DNA of 61,397 nt from positions 1 to 61,397 of the IMG/VR virus record IMGVR_UViG_3300042566_000075. The stretch is one strand, 5' to 3'. The position numbers were made by a program, and so were the translations under genes. Source of the stretch: a virus (lineage: Duplodnaviria > Caudoviricetes). This document shows, in pieces, positions 9,201-18,542 of this stretch (positions within the stretch are counted from its first letter, which is position 1; each line of letters begins with the position of its first letter). The notes under the pieces are model-generated. The model was not told the DNA's origin and did not search any database. It was given only the letters and a program-made list of their open reading frames with translations.

Positions 9201-12200
9201 TCGCCAATAGCGTTGTAGCGATCCTTCAGGCCGCCGAGGAAATCAGCAGCAGTGTGCCCTTCGATGGTGGTGCCAATACCTTCATCCAATATGCTCTTTG
9301 TCTCCGCACGGACGTCTCCATCGGGAAAGTCTTGGGCGGCGTTTGACAGCTGCACTTTACGCAAGCCCCGACTAATTTTCTTGTCGGATTTCTCAGCCTT
9401 CTTAGCTATTTTCTCAGCTTTAGCTGCCTTACGTTTTTGGAACCGTGTGCTTGCCGGTCCGGCTTTATTACCTTCGCGCACGGCACGGTCATGGGCCATC
9501 GCAAGAATAGTGGTAATCTCCGCGTCAGAAAAAGCTGCCTTGATGCGCATACGACGAGCAAAGTCTTTTACGATAGCAGCTAACTTAGCAAACATACTCG
9601 CTTCGATCCGCCCTGCTTCAGACCGCTGTGCAAGTACTTCCTCGACTGCACGGGCAAGTGGGTCTGTATCTCCGCTATAAGCGTTTGGGTTTTGCGCACG
9701 CCAAGCGTCGGTCTCGGCCCGTAGGTTACGGTTGGTATCATACATACCCCGCATCATCTTATCCAGACGCTGCCGAAACTGCTTCGCAAGACCGATATGA
9801 CCCAGCGTTTCATGGAAAAGAGTAGCTATGGCTTCTTCAGCAGTGTTGAGGTTATCAGCCACGATATAGACGTTACCGTCAGTATCCACTACGCCAGAAG
9901 GACTTAGCGCCTCTCCGCTAGTGATAGCCCCTTGAACTGAAGCAGGTAAGTCAGCCACCGACTGGACAACACTTGGTGCTTGCACGCCTGTGCGTTGCGC
10001 TACAGCTGCTACAATGGGAGTAACTTGGTCTACCGTGATATTACCGGGTTCACCGGGACGGAAGCGTTCGCCACTTATGGCCCGTTCAGCATATCGGGTC
10101 TTAGCCCCTTCGAGGACCGCACGAATTTCTTCGACTGGTTTACGACGGCTTTCAGTGGCAGTGGCAAGGAGGTTGTATGCCTTATCGTCTATCTGTTGCC
10201 CAACCTCTTCGTCCCAACGTGCAGTTTCAATCTCCTCAAGGAGAACGTCATAAGGGTCGGTTTCCGGCGCTACTTCCTCAACGGGTGCAACAGCTACCTC
10301 AGGTGCGATCTCTTCGGCTACTGGTGCGGGCTCAAGTGCGACCTCTTCGGTTACTGGCGCAACTTCTTCGGTTGCTAGCTCACGCGCTGCAATCTCTTGC
10401 CGCAGGGTTGCCTCGGCTTCAGCGTCCGCAGCTTCTTGTGCTGCTAGTTCTTGACGTCGCGTATCGACATAACCTTGTACATCTTCCTGTACAGCTACAT
10501 CGGGCGCAGCCACTATCTCAGGCGCAGCCGCTATCTCAGGCGCAGCCGCTATCTCAGGCGCAGCCGCTATCTCAGGCGCAGCCGCTATCTCAGGCGCAGC
10601 CGCTATCTCAGGCGCAGCCGCTATCTCAGGCGTAGGTGCAGGCGCAATGCCCACTTCACGCGCGCTTGCTTGGGCTATCGTTGGGATGGAGTCAGGGGCG
10701 GGGGCAGTGACTGATTTAATCGCAGCAGCAACAGGAGCTGCAGCTTGCACATCTAGTGGAGGAGCTGCAGGTGCAGCCTCAACAGTAGCCGCAGGAGGCG
10801 GAGGTGGGGCAGCAAACTTCTTGCCAGTAACCGCTTCCAGCGCAACCACGGGGTCACCACCATGCTTACCATTCGCAAGCTGGTTCTTAGCCATATCAAA
10901 CTGCTTTTGGTCAACGTCGTTCACATTGACGAGGGGATTATTGAGTATCGTGTCGTTCAGTAGCTGCCTAGCCGTGTCAACGCGTGTAGTCAGCTTGACT
11001 TTCTTATCCGCAAGGATGTTCTTAGCTTCGTCTAGTGCACCGACTCCCGCGTCCGTGCCAGTTGTAGGAACTGATACGCCAGAAACAGACTGCTCCAGTC
11101 CTCCTCCGACAGTCTCTCCAACGTCTGCAGCACCCGGTGCGGATGATGCGGTTCCGATATCAGCAGCAGCGCCTGCTCCACTTCCTCCGAGGTCATCCAC
11201 TCCGGTATCAGCATCAGCGACATCTATAGCTCCTTCCGCAGCTTCAAGGTTACGACGTGCAACCGCTTCAGCGACTTCTTGCTTCATGTTATATGCGGTG
11301 CGTAGGCGAGCGACCTCTGCTTCAAACGCAGCTTCTTCCGCTGGCATGCCCGCACGAAGCGCGGCAGTCTCAACCCGCTTAGCTACATTTTCTTCCTGAC
11401 GCGTTAACCGTCGGTCACCAAAGCCTTCAGTCGCACCTGCCACTGCACCTAGACCCGCGCCAGCAATACCTTCAAGCGTACCGGAACTAACCACGCCGCG
11501 CATGGTGTCAACGTCAAAGCCTTCGCGTTGAAGAGCGAGGTTCGTGGCAAGTTGTTCTTGTGCTCCCTGAACAAACTCAGGGACACCTTCCTTAGCTGCG
11601 ACACCCAATGCACGGCGACCTACGCCTTTAGCAGCTGCCTCTCCAGCTTCCGCTGCGGCAAGACGCCCAAACACACGCTGGCCTACCACCCTAGATAGAG
11701 CGCCTTCAATACCAGAAACACCTGATACCGCGCCTAAGCCGCCGCTAAGTAGGATTTGACCAAGGTTTTTCCCACTATATGCTTGCGCTGCGTCGGCAAG
11801 TGCTTCGGCCTTAGCTTCTGGTACACCTGCTTTTATATATTCTTCGCGCACTGCGTCATATATAGCGTTCTTAGCGGTACCTAGCCCCATGACGCCGCCG
11901 ACGAGAGCACCTGTACCCCCAACAACAGCGGCAGGAGCACCCGCATAAGTAGCAGCGGCAGTAGCCCCTATGGGTGCCGCCGCCGTACCAAAAGCCTGTG
12001 TAAGTGTATCAATCGGAGCTACAGCAAAGGCATTAATACCTGCGGCCACCTGCTGAAGAACGCCTTTGTTTTCGGCTTCTTTTAAGATTTTAGACTGCTT
12101 TTGTGCATCCTCTTTAGAGGACGCAGACATATATTCGTCAACCATCCCCTGCACATCTTTGATTGCTTTACGGACTTTTGTCCCTGCACCCGCAGCACCA

Positions 12201-12514
12201 GCGATAGCCTCAATACCGGCCCCGGTGCCTTTCATAATCCCCATGGGTATATCAGCTAAAAAGGCAAGTGGTTTACCTACAAAAGGTATTTTCTCTAACG
12301 CTGTCTCTTTTACGGGTGTTGGCTGCGCAGCTTGGGTTTGAACCTTTTTCTTTGGTCGGCCTTTAGCCAGATGGTCTGCAATCTGCTCAAAGGAGTAGCC
12401 AGCAGCCTGCGCACCTTGGACATCGAATTTATGCTCGCCCGCAAGGAAATAGGCTATTTGCGCGTCAGAGTATCCGGCCCTACGCGCAGCATCTATATCA
12501 AAAGTGCGGGGCAT
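6287..12514 (-). CDS. large internal virion/ejection polyvalent protein (2075 aa) with zincin-like HExxxH and PLxRFG-like motifs
   Basis: LFHETLGHIG motif, YFPFKRYGDY motif, duplicated N-terminal FDxxxAxxAGYS motif, last gene of the late operon, RBS CAGGAG. Confidence 0.75.
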   Translation of the reverse strand: MPRTFDIDAARRAGYSDAQIAYFLAGEHKFDVQGAQAAGYSFEQIADHLAKGRPKKKVQTQAAQPTPVKETALEKIPFVGKPLAFLADIPMGIMKGTGAGIEAIAGAAGAGTKVRKAIKDVQGMVDEYMSASSKEDAQKQSKILKEAENKGVLQQVAAGINAFAVAPIDTLTQAFGTAAAPIGATAAATYAGAPAAVVGGTGALVGGVMGLGTAKNAIYDAVREEYIKAGVPEAKAEALADAAQAYSGKNLGQILLSGGLGAVSGVSGIEGALSRVVGQRVFGRLAAAEAGEAAAKGVGRRALGVAAKEGVPEFVQGAQEQLATNLALQREGFDVDTMRGVVSSGTLEGIAGAGLGAVAGATEGFGDRRLTRQEENVAKRVETAALRAGMPAEEAAFEAEVARLRTAYNMKQEVAEAVARRNLEAAEGAIDVADADTGVDDLGGSGAGAAADIGTASSAPGAADVGETVGGGLEQSVSGVSVPTTGTDAGVGALDEAKNILADKKVKLTTRVDTARQLLNDTILNNPLVNVNDVDQKQFDMAKNQLANGKHGGDPVVALEAVTGKKFAAPPPPPAATVEAAPAAPPLDVQAAAPVAAAIKSVTAPAPDSIPTIAQASAREVGIAPAPTPEIAAAPEIAAAPEIAAAPEIAAAPEIAAAPEIAAAPEIVAAPDVAVQEDVQGYVDTRRQELAAQEAADAEAEATLRQEIAARELATEEVAPVTEEVALEPAPVAEEIAPEVAVAPVEEVAPETDPYDVLLEEIETARWDEEVGQQIDDKAYNLLATATESRRKPVEEIRAVLEGAKTRYAERAISGERFRPGEPGNITVDQVTPIVAAVAQRTGVQAPSVVQSVADLPASVQGAITSGEALSPSGVVDTDGNVYIVADNLNTAEEAIATLFHETLGHIGLAKQFRQRLDKMMRGMYDTNRNLRAETDAWRAQNPNAYSGDTDPLARAVEEVLAQRSEAGRIEASMFAKLAAIVKDFARRMRIKAAFSDAEITTILAMAHDRAVREGNKAGPASTRFQKRKAAKAEKIAKKAEKSDKKISRGLRKVQLSNAAQDFPDGDVRAETKSILDEGIGTTIEGHTAADFLGGLKDRYNAIGDTMLKRILYALPSDGIIAWKEGEVPALRRIATLEDEARAERNAYLSGFAKISQRFAKFVGKNGQKVLGSTMHLARLNRVDPTAHDTVADALVNDPVVRRYEALIADKAATPKQKAAFKGKLTQRRTQIEEVYDLWEELGKQENGHKQYVEIRDYYKDMLSTTRTLLDEQIKKLDIDPASKKALLKAVRLEREKERVSKLESSDDEFPDVDPAIFPEQYFPFKRYGDYWLRVGKGDAGREFYAFESARARNNFLRKRARELKVPRTDGIFRIGNDITSLRENFQEESGMLQEIFSVINKASTQGKVDVSAIKDQIYQVYLMTLPERSIRKQFLHADNVTGFSADVFRNFKTTAFQYANQLTSLRYTQRIKNTIEEAKASLDGFPLDEAARLESFVVEIGERALEQINPEEPGRVVTRLNRAAFVWFLTSAATAVAQTTGIPVRVMPRLWTDYGYAKSSIMLAKYSKIWDSIGIVEEDDGELSYTGPTVGESQFVRSNPVLKRAFAMARDERSVFETQVAGILDSRATPDRASKYTPGQLAESTINGMSVLFNTSERITREIAFMMAFELEYNKSKDFDAAVDKAVGVVNDTLGNYSDFNRPRLMGTDVGRALFLFKQYAVNTTTFFYNNFRRILTGGKTGFLSVEDRLKAMNELTGVLLMGGLFHGITGFPLYSTIATIIDMLEADDDDEEAQLRRLRNPYTANDSDYRFRYEFMPSKFGEITIPGIDGLQHRLSDILVNGPISELSDINIGSRTTFDGLWFREGKPADTTSETIFRTLEANVPGLSLITGIGEGLTDMYKGDVVRGLEKVLPAAFKGVATTYRLSEEGAETRGELPMLAKSEITSSQLGAQLSGFGSTKLAQIQKERAARNKLFATAEKQRTSLLRDLNEAMYNFETNGSRDRTDMDAAGRKLVEYNKKHPVEPLVVTEETVQNSYDAFKRERDLQMRGSTFTKKEAPFALPGIQAAAPEK
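10503..10632. repeat. 18-bp tandem repeat x7 (GGCGCAGCCGCTATCTCA) encoding PEIAAA on the minus strand
   Basis: Six identical units plus one with a single mismatch. Confidence 0.95.
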
Positions 12515-12548
12515 TTAGTAAACTCCTGCAAACTTACTCAGACTATTA

Positions 12549-13913
12549 TTAGCCTTCTTCACCGTAGAACGTCTCTATGGGTACCAACGACTGCCCGGTA
12601 AGTAGAGGTGCTGGTGTCTTGCTGGATGCCCTACCCTCTGTAAAGGTTGTATACCCAGCCCCAAAATCACCCTTACCTAACCGATCAATAATACGCTCTG
12701 TGCTGGATGGAGCGTATGCCGCCACTTTTGCGGCCTGCAGTGACACTAGCTGACCTGCCCTCTGCGTAGCATTTGACATCTTAGCGATAAGTAATTGGAC
12801 GGCATCACTCCGCTTCGCAAGCTCTATCTGAACAGCACGGTCTTTCATAGCTTCGGCTAGCGTACCATATTTCATGGTCATTTCCATAGCCAAATTCGCA
12901 GCTTCACGAGCGGACTTGTTGCTTATTCCTTCCTGTTCAGCCAACGACTTAACCGCATCACGCACTTCAGCACGCTGCTCCTTGACCCCAGCCTCAAAAC
13001 CGGGCAGCGCCGCACCGAGACCTGCGGTAGCAGATTGCAGTATAGAGCCCGGTGCATTTGCCATCGCAACCCCTGCCCTAATCATCGCCATATTAATATT
13101 TTCTTTGCGGCGCTTCTTTTGCTCTCCCTCGTCGAGGGACTTTTCAAGCTCCTTAGTCAGTCGGTCGCTGTACTTGGTCTGCTGGTTAGCCATCGCTTTA
13201 ATCGCTGCCAAGTTATCCTTGGGCGCTCCTGACACACCATACATAGATGCCGGGATGCCTTCAAAGGTTGGGAGTTTAATCGGTATCGGGGCTTTAGCAG
13301 CTCCCTGACCAGATACGACAATCTCATTAGTTGCGCTCGCAGGTGGGACATATTCGCTGTCTAGCTGAGCTAGATATGCCTTTTCTGCTTCTTCTGCTGC
13401 TATTTCTTCCGGTGTTTTTTCCTTAACAGGGCCACCCTCAAAAAACGCAACCATGCCGCCACCTGCGTAGCCGTCGTCGAAGCCACCGTTGGTAGGCTCA
13501 TCAAACATAGTGTCAGGTACGGGTAAAGTAGCTAAACCACCTTCGGCCATACCTTGAGGAGGCGGAGCCATACCCATATCTTGAGGAGGCGGAGCCATAC
13601 CCTGCGGTGGAGGGGCCATAGGAGGCGGAGCACCCATACCTTGCGCCGGAGCGGGCGGAGCACCCATAGGCGGAGGGGCTCCCATAGGAGCCATTTGTGG
13701 TTGGCCACCACCTAGAACTTGTTGCGCAACAGACGGTGCCTGCCCAGCTTCCATAACCTGTGCGGAACGCATACGGTCAATAAACATACCGGCAAGTACG
13801 GCAGCAGTAGGGTCAACGACGCCCATTTGCGCAGCTTGCGCAATACGCTGCTTGTTACCAGCATACTCTTTAGCGATGTCTTCTGGTGCTTGAATGCTGA
13901 ACGGCTTAGCCAA
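12549..13913 (-). CDS. internal virion/DNA ejection protein with Pro/Met-rich segment
   Basis: TTG start with AAGGAG RBS. Gly/Ala-rich helical composition, MAEGG/YAGGG motifs, position among ejection genes. Confidence 0.65.
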   Translation of the reverse strand: MAKPFSIQAPEDIAKEYAGNKQRIAQAAQMGVVDPTAAVLAGMFIDRMRSAQVMEAGQAPSVAQQVLGGGQPQMAPMGAPPPMGAPPAPAQGMGAPPPMAPPPQGMAPPPQDMGMAPPPQGMAEGGLATLPVPDTMFDEPTNGGFDDGYAGGGMVAFFEGGPVKEKTPEEIAAEEAEKAYLAQLDSEYVPPASATNEIVVSGQGAAKAPIPIKLPTFEGIPASMYGVSGAPKDNLAAIKAMANQQTKYSDRLTKELEKSLDEGEQKKRRKENINMAMIRAGVAMANAPGSILQSATAGLGAALPGFEAGVKEQRAEVRDAVKSLAEQEGISNKSAREAANLAMEMTMKYGTLAEAMKDRAVQIELAKRSDAVQLLIAKMSNATQRAGQLVSLQAAKVAAYAPSSTERIIDRLGKGDFGAGYTTFTEGRASSKTPAPLLTGQSLVPIETFYGEEG

Positions 13914-13924
13914 CTTATATCTCC

Positions 13925-15346
13925 TTAACCGGATAACGACCTATACGCACCGAGCGCACCTAAGCCGGTACCAAGTACCTGAGAAGCCATAGATGGGTTC
14001 TGGCCATACGTAATGTTGGTCGTGTTAAGACCTACAGGCAGACCGCGTAGCAGATTGCTCATATACCCCAACTGCTCGATAGGATAGTCACGTTGACGCA
14101 GGAAGTCAGCATAATACTGGTCGAGCCGCTGCTGTTCCATAGCCTGTGCTTGTGATGCCGCCGTAGTCTGCGCGCCAAGCCGCTGCAAGTCAGCCTGCTG
14201 CTGGTACTGCCCAAGGTTACCAAGGGTCTGCGCCATCTGCCCAGTCTGCCCGAAGGCAGCCAGTTGGTTCTGTGCACCAAACTGGTTCGACTGTTCCGCG
14301 AGGCGCTGCGCTTCAAGCGCCGCCTGCTGGTTAGCAAGCAAGCCCTGCATACCTGTCTGAGTGCCCAACTGCTGTGTACCAAGAGCCGCCTGTAGATTGC
14401 TTTGGCCCACTTGTAACCGTGATTGTTGGTTAGCGAGGGCTGCACGAAGTGCTTGGTCGGCGTTCATACCCTGTGTCTGCAGCTGTGCTGCAAGGTTCTG
14501 TACGTTGGCTTGGCTAGATGCGTCCAAGTTAGCAAGGGCTGCGCGTAGTCCGGTCTCAGTACCCAACTGTTGCGTGCTAAGTTTAGACTGCAGGTTAGCC
14601 TGTTCCGCAGCCTGCCGAGCTTGTTGCTCAGTGTTAAACTGCTGCATAGCTGCGCCATATGCACTCTGCATGCCTTGCGCTTCGATATCGCCCATCTGTT
14701 GTCCAAGGGCACGTTCACGCTCTGTGGCAGCGAGAAGTTGGCGGGCACCGCCATAAGTACCCTGACGCGCAGCGCCGAGGTCTTGAGCTAACTGCCCCTT
14801 GCGGGCATCAGTAACCGCTTCGCGCTTCTGTACGTCGAGCACGTTGCGCATATATGGCGACATATACCGCTCAGTCATACCCTGTTGGGTTACGCTGTCT
14901 GGGGCAGCCATCTGATATGCAGTGAGTTCTGGTTTAAACTGCGTCTGGGCAGCCTGCATCTGCGGAGCATTATATTTACCCGCTACGACATCCCCAGCGT
15001 CTTGCATCCGGTACTGCTGCAGTTCAGGCAACCCGACTTGTTGCGCAGTAAACTGAGCAGGTGTGTAATTAGCAGCGCGAAGCGAACCCTGACCGGCAAG
15101 TGCAGCAAGCCCCGAAGCGTCTGCAAACTGCTTGGGCGCTGTCATGTCGAGGTAGTTCTGCTGGATTTGTTCCTGAGCAGGCGTAAAGCCAGCGATCCGC
15201 TCGTACTTATACGGGGAATAGCCTTCGTTAGACCACGCCTGCGTACGCTGCATCACATTCTCAAAATACGGTCTTGCGTATTCCGGTATGGTGTTTGTAG
15301 TCGTGTTTACAGTCTGTTGAGTTGGTGTACTAGAACCGCCAGCCAT
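13925..15346 (-). CDS. Gln/Ala-rich DNA pilot/ejection protein
   Basis: Q/A-rich coiled coil with hydrophobic Gly-rich C-terminus. RBS CAGGAG. Confidence 0.65.
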   Translation of the reverse strand: MAGGSSTPTQQTVNTTTNTIPEYARPYFENVMQRTQAWSNEGYSPYKYERIAGFTPAQEQIQQNYLDMTAPKQFADASGLAALAGQGSLRAANYTPAQFTAQQVGLPELQQYRMQDAGDVVAGKYNAPQMQAAQTQFKPELTAYQMAAPDSVTQQGMTERYMSPYMRNVLDVQKREAVTDARKGQLAQDLGAARQGTYGGARQLLAATERERALGQQMGDIEAQGMQSAYGAAMQQFNTEQQARQAAEQANLQSKLSTQQLGTETGLRAALANLDASSQANVQNLAAQLQTQGMNADQALRAALANQQSRLQVGQSNLQAALGTQQLGTQTGMQGLLANQQAALEAQRLAEQSNQFGAQNQLAAFGQTGQMAQTLGNLGQYQQQADLQRLGAQTTAASQAQAMEQQRLDQYYADFLRQRDYPIEQLGYMSNLLRGLPVGLNTTNITYGQNPSMASQVLGTGLGALGAYRSLSG

Positions 15347-15349
15347 AAC

Positions 15350-15781
15350 TTACTCCTGTATATCCAATGGTAGCTCGAATGACTGTAGGGCAGACTTGTA
15401 CCCCTCATCCCGAAACACCCGTTCCCAACCTACACGCCCATGCGCTTCTATCGCGTCACACTTATTGTCCTTAGCCCATTTACGGAGCATGTCCAACATA
15501 GGCTTTTTCCATGTTGGGCTTTCCTTACCGCCGCACATCTCTAAGGAGAGGTAACGCTTACGCGGATAGTCTATGAACCGAGTTATTACGGCGCCCTTTA
15601 TATCATCACCGTCAAAAGCAATCCATAGCGGATAATCATATTCTAGTATGAGACCTAGTACGTCTTCGGTCTCATATTTACCTCGGCTGTGGGCAACGGC
15701 ATCTCGCACATACTGCTCTACCTGTGGCCATATGTTAGGCACAAGCTCTTTGGGCACAGCAGATATCAGGACTTCACTCAT
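15350..15781 (-). CDS. GNAT-fold acetyltransferase-like virion assembly protein
   Basis: WAKDNKCDAIEAHGRVGWERV pattern. Position between tail and ejection genes, as in podoviruses. Confidence 0.6.
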   Translation of the reverse strand: MSEVLISAVPKELVPNIWPQVEQYVRDAVAHSRGKYETEDVLGLILEYDYPLWIAFDGDDIKGAVITRFIDYPRKRYLSLEMCGGKESPTWKKPMLDMLRKWAKDNKCDAIEAHGRVGWERVFRDEGYKSALQSFELPLDIQE

Positions 15782-18198
15782 GCTAGCCCCTTAGCAAGCT
15801 TCGTGTCTTGTCCACGCCCAGCGCGTTTGCGTGCTTTGTGGGCCTTTTCCATCATGGCATAGAGCTTCTGCGTACCGCGCTTCGCACTACCACCGCCAAG
15901 GCGCTTTACAGCTTTGGGTTGGAAGATAACTTCGTCGCGGGCTACGCGTGCTTCTTGTTTGCCACCGATCCGTGCAGGGACAGAGTCGCTTACCCCATCA
16001 CCGCGACCGCGCACTGGCTGGCCGCCTAGCCGTTGAAGGAGTTCAATACCAGCGTTGCTGCTACCGTTACCGAGTTCTGAAACTGTGCGGGCGTCAACTA
16101 CAAAGGCTCCGTTATGCATGTTTACCGGTCCCCCTGCAGCAAGTTCTGGGTTGTTAGGCATACCAAACTCTGCATTGCCGCCACCGCCACCGCCATATTG
16201 CTTAGCGAGCGCATCAAAGAACGCATCTGTGCCGATAAGTGATGCTAGGTTAGCATTTGGGTTAGTCTGCACTGCACCTGCGGAAGGCCCAAAGCCGAAG
16301 TCCATCTCGCCGCCTACGTTTCCGGTATCCATAACGGTACCTGCATTCGGGTTAGGTTGCCGGTTAGCCTGCTGGTTATAGATGTTCATGTACGGACTGT
16401 TTAGGTCAAAGCCTGCAAGGCCATCAAAACCTGTATAACCCCTATTGCTGGCAGGTCCCGCTGTGTTGGCGGGTCCTGCTGTGCTGGTAGTTTTAGGTAG
16501 ACCAAAATCTAATTCCCCACCAGTACCGGTAGTTGTTGAGGCAGGTGTCGTAGTAGAAGGCGTGGTGGTACCAGCGGCAGCGGCAGCGGCAGCGGCGCGG
16601 GCCGCAGCATTAGCTTGTGCGGCAGCACGGATACGCTCAGAAGGCGAACCACCAACATAAGTACGTGAAGCAGTGATTGCTCCGGGTGATGTTTGGTAAC
16701 GTGCAGTAGCTTCTGGTAGCTTTGCAAACAGTTCCGAACCCATGGTATATGGGTCGCGCTTATCAGTGACGAAGTCATCCTTCTGCGTGAACTTCGGCGT
16801 GTACAGGTCTTTAAGCGTCTGTACACCGGGGCTATCGTATGTAGCACCGGGTATATCTGGACGGTCGGTAAGCGTCGCACCTGTACCGGTACCCGGAGTT
16901 ACACCGCCTCCGCCTCCGCCGCCGCCTCCGCCGCCGCCTCCATCCGTAACTGTGGAGGGTTTATATACTTGAGGTTTATCGTCTATAGCAGGTGCAGCAG
17001 GGGGTTTAGCCCGCGCAATCAGGTCATCAAGCGCTGCTATATCATTGCTAAACAACGTCTGAAACTGACCACGGTGTAGCTTTTGGTTACCGAGAGCACT
17101 TTGCAGCCCACTTGTTATCGTCTTTGCAAAATCAGTATCAGCCGCTCCCGCTGCCTTCAGCGCTGCTAGCTTCGCATCAAACGTCTTCGCATAGTCGCTA
17201 CGGTCAAACCCAAGGTCGTCAAGTGGGTTATCGGGGTTATCAATAGGACCACCCTCTGCGTAGCCACGGCGCTCACCGGACGCAGTCAGGTAGCCGATTG
17301 GGTTGACTTCATCGAAGAACTGGATTTCGCCCTCGCCTTCAACCCTAGGGTCAAACTTGCGCGGTATTGTGCGGTACGGACCTTCGTACTTGAACTGATA
17401 ACCCTCTTCGTCGGGATTGAAAGGTTTGTATGTAGGCTGCGAGGCATCCGAAATACCACTTAGTACACCCATACCCGCGATCATCGGAGCGTTCTTAGCA
17501 ATGATACCGGGAGTACCAGCAGGGAGGCCAGCACGTGCAGCAGCACCGAAGTTTTGAGCCAGACCAGCAAGACCCGTTTTAGCTGCTGTAGTACCAGCAG
17601 TGTTGGCCAGCATACTGTCCGCCGCAAGGTCACGCGCAAAGTTAGCAGATGATCCAAAACCCCCAGCGGTCGATCCCGCTGCTGTTGACGCTAGTTTAGT
17701 TCCAGTAGCCGCAGGTGCGAGACCACCAGCAAGCGAAGCGCCGCCATATGCTTGGAGACCGGCCATCAGACCTTTCGAGAGGCTACCTGTTTTAGCGACA
17801 GAGCCAGCAGCAACAAGGCCAGCAGCAGCAAGGGGGCCGACACCGGGTATAAAGTTAAGTCCGATACCAAGGAGTGTAGGTAACAGCTTCTTGAGGAAGC
17901 CAGCTTCAGGAAGGCCAGTCTCTGGGTTAATAGTAAGTGAGCCACCATGCGCCATAGCTAGGCCTTGGAGGCTGTTAACCTCGCCGGGTGTCATATGGAC
18001 AAGCATGGAGTCATCGCCACGACCGTAGCTCTGAAGCTCCTTTGCCATAGGATTAGCAGTCACAGAGAGACCACCCTGCGCAGGGAGGCCACCAGACATA
18101 CCCGGAACTTGCTGACCAAGCACGGGAGGATTACCCATAGTAGGCCTCATGCCACCTACCGGTGTATATGTTGGCGGAGCCGTTTGTACGTCCATCAT
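15778..18198 (-). CDS. internal virion protein (806 aa)
   Basis: GRGDDSMLVHMTPGEV...TINPETGLPEA and GDGVSDSVPA motifs separated by low-complexity G/A/T linkers. Confidence 0.65.
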   Translation of the reverse strand: MMDVQTAPPTYTPVGGMRPTMGNPPVLGQQVPGMSGGLPAQGGLSVTANPMAKELQSYGRGDDSMLVHMTPGEVNSLQGLAMAHGGSLTINPETGLPEAGFLKKLLPTLLGIGLNFIPGVGPLAAAGLVAAGSVAKTGSLSKGLMAGLQAYGGASLAGGLAPAATGTKLASTAAGSTAGGFGSSANFARDLAADSMLANTAGTTAAKTGLAGLAQNFGAAARAGLPAGTPGIIAKNAPMIAGMGVLSGISDASQPTYKPFNPDEEGYQFKYEGPYRTIPRKFDPRVEGEGEIQFFDEVNPIGYLTASGERRGYAEGGPIDNPDNPLDDLGFDRSDYAKTFDAKLAALKAAGAADTDFAKTITSGLQSALGNQKLHRGQFQTLFSNDIAALDDLIARAKPPAAPAIDDKPQVYKPSTVTDGGGGGGGGGGGGGVTPGTGTGATLTDRPDIPGATYDSPGVQTLKDLYTPKFTQKDDFVTDKRDPYTMGSELFAKLPEATARYQTSPGAITASRTYVGGSPSERIRAAAQANAAARAAAAAAAAGTTTPSTTTPASTTTGTGGELDFGLPKTTSTAGPANTAGPASNRGYTGFDGLAGFDLNSPYMNIYNQQANRQPNPNAGTVMDTGNVGGEMDFGFGPSAGAVQTNPNANLASLIGTDAFFDALAKQYGGGGGGNAEFGMPNNPELAAGGPVNMHNGAFVVDARTVSELGNGSSNAGIELLQRLGGQPVRGRGDGVSDSVPARIGGKQEARVARDEVIFQPKAVKRLGGGSAKRGTQKLYAMMEKAHKARKRAGRGQDTKLAKGLA

Positions 18199-18236
18199 GC
18201 TAATTCCTACCTTATCCCGTCGCTTATAGCATCAAC

Positions 18237-18542
18237 TCAAACAGAAGTCACGGTCTGCCATGCAGACCCATTATAAACACATAACTTACCTAATGTCGTA
18301 TCAAATACCACCCACCCAGCGCTAGGGGTAAGCGCATTTTTTTCAGTGGTAGTTACGTTCTTTGTAGCAAATATCCCACCTACAAACTCATCGGCTGTGT
18401 ATTTTTGCGCGTTGTTCGGTGTGCGTGAGTCCAACTGCGAGAAATAAGTTTCGATTACGCGGATAACCTGCCGTATATATTGCGCATCATATTCCGCTGG
18501 GGGGTTGGGCAGCGGGGCAGCGCGGAACCTGTCGAGTGCCAT
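18237..18542 (-). CDS. small tail-associated protein
   Basis: Coupled to the nozzle gene. VFDTTLGKLCVYNGSAW fibre-type motif. Confidence 0.6.
   Translation of the reverse strand: MALDRFRAAPLPNPPAEYDAQYIRQVIRVIETYFSQLDSRTPNNAQKYTADEFVGGIFATKNVTTTEKNALTPSAGWVVFDTTLGKLCVYNGSAWQTVTSV

Noticed and set aside
16904-16941. CCG/CCT microsatellite as a regulatory repeat
   Set aside because: Encodes a poly-Gly linker with mixed codons inside the 806-aa protein.
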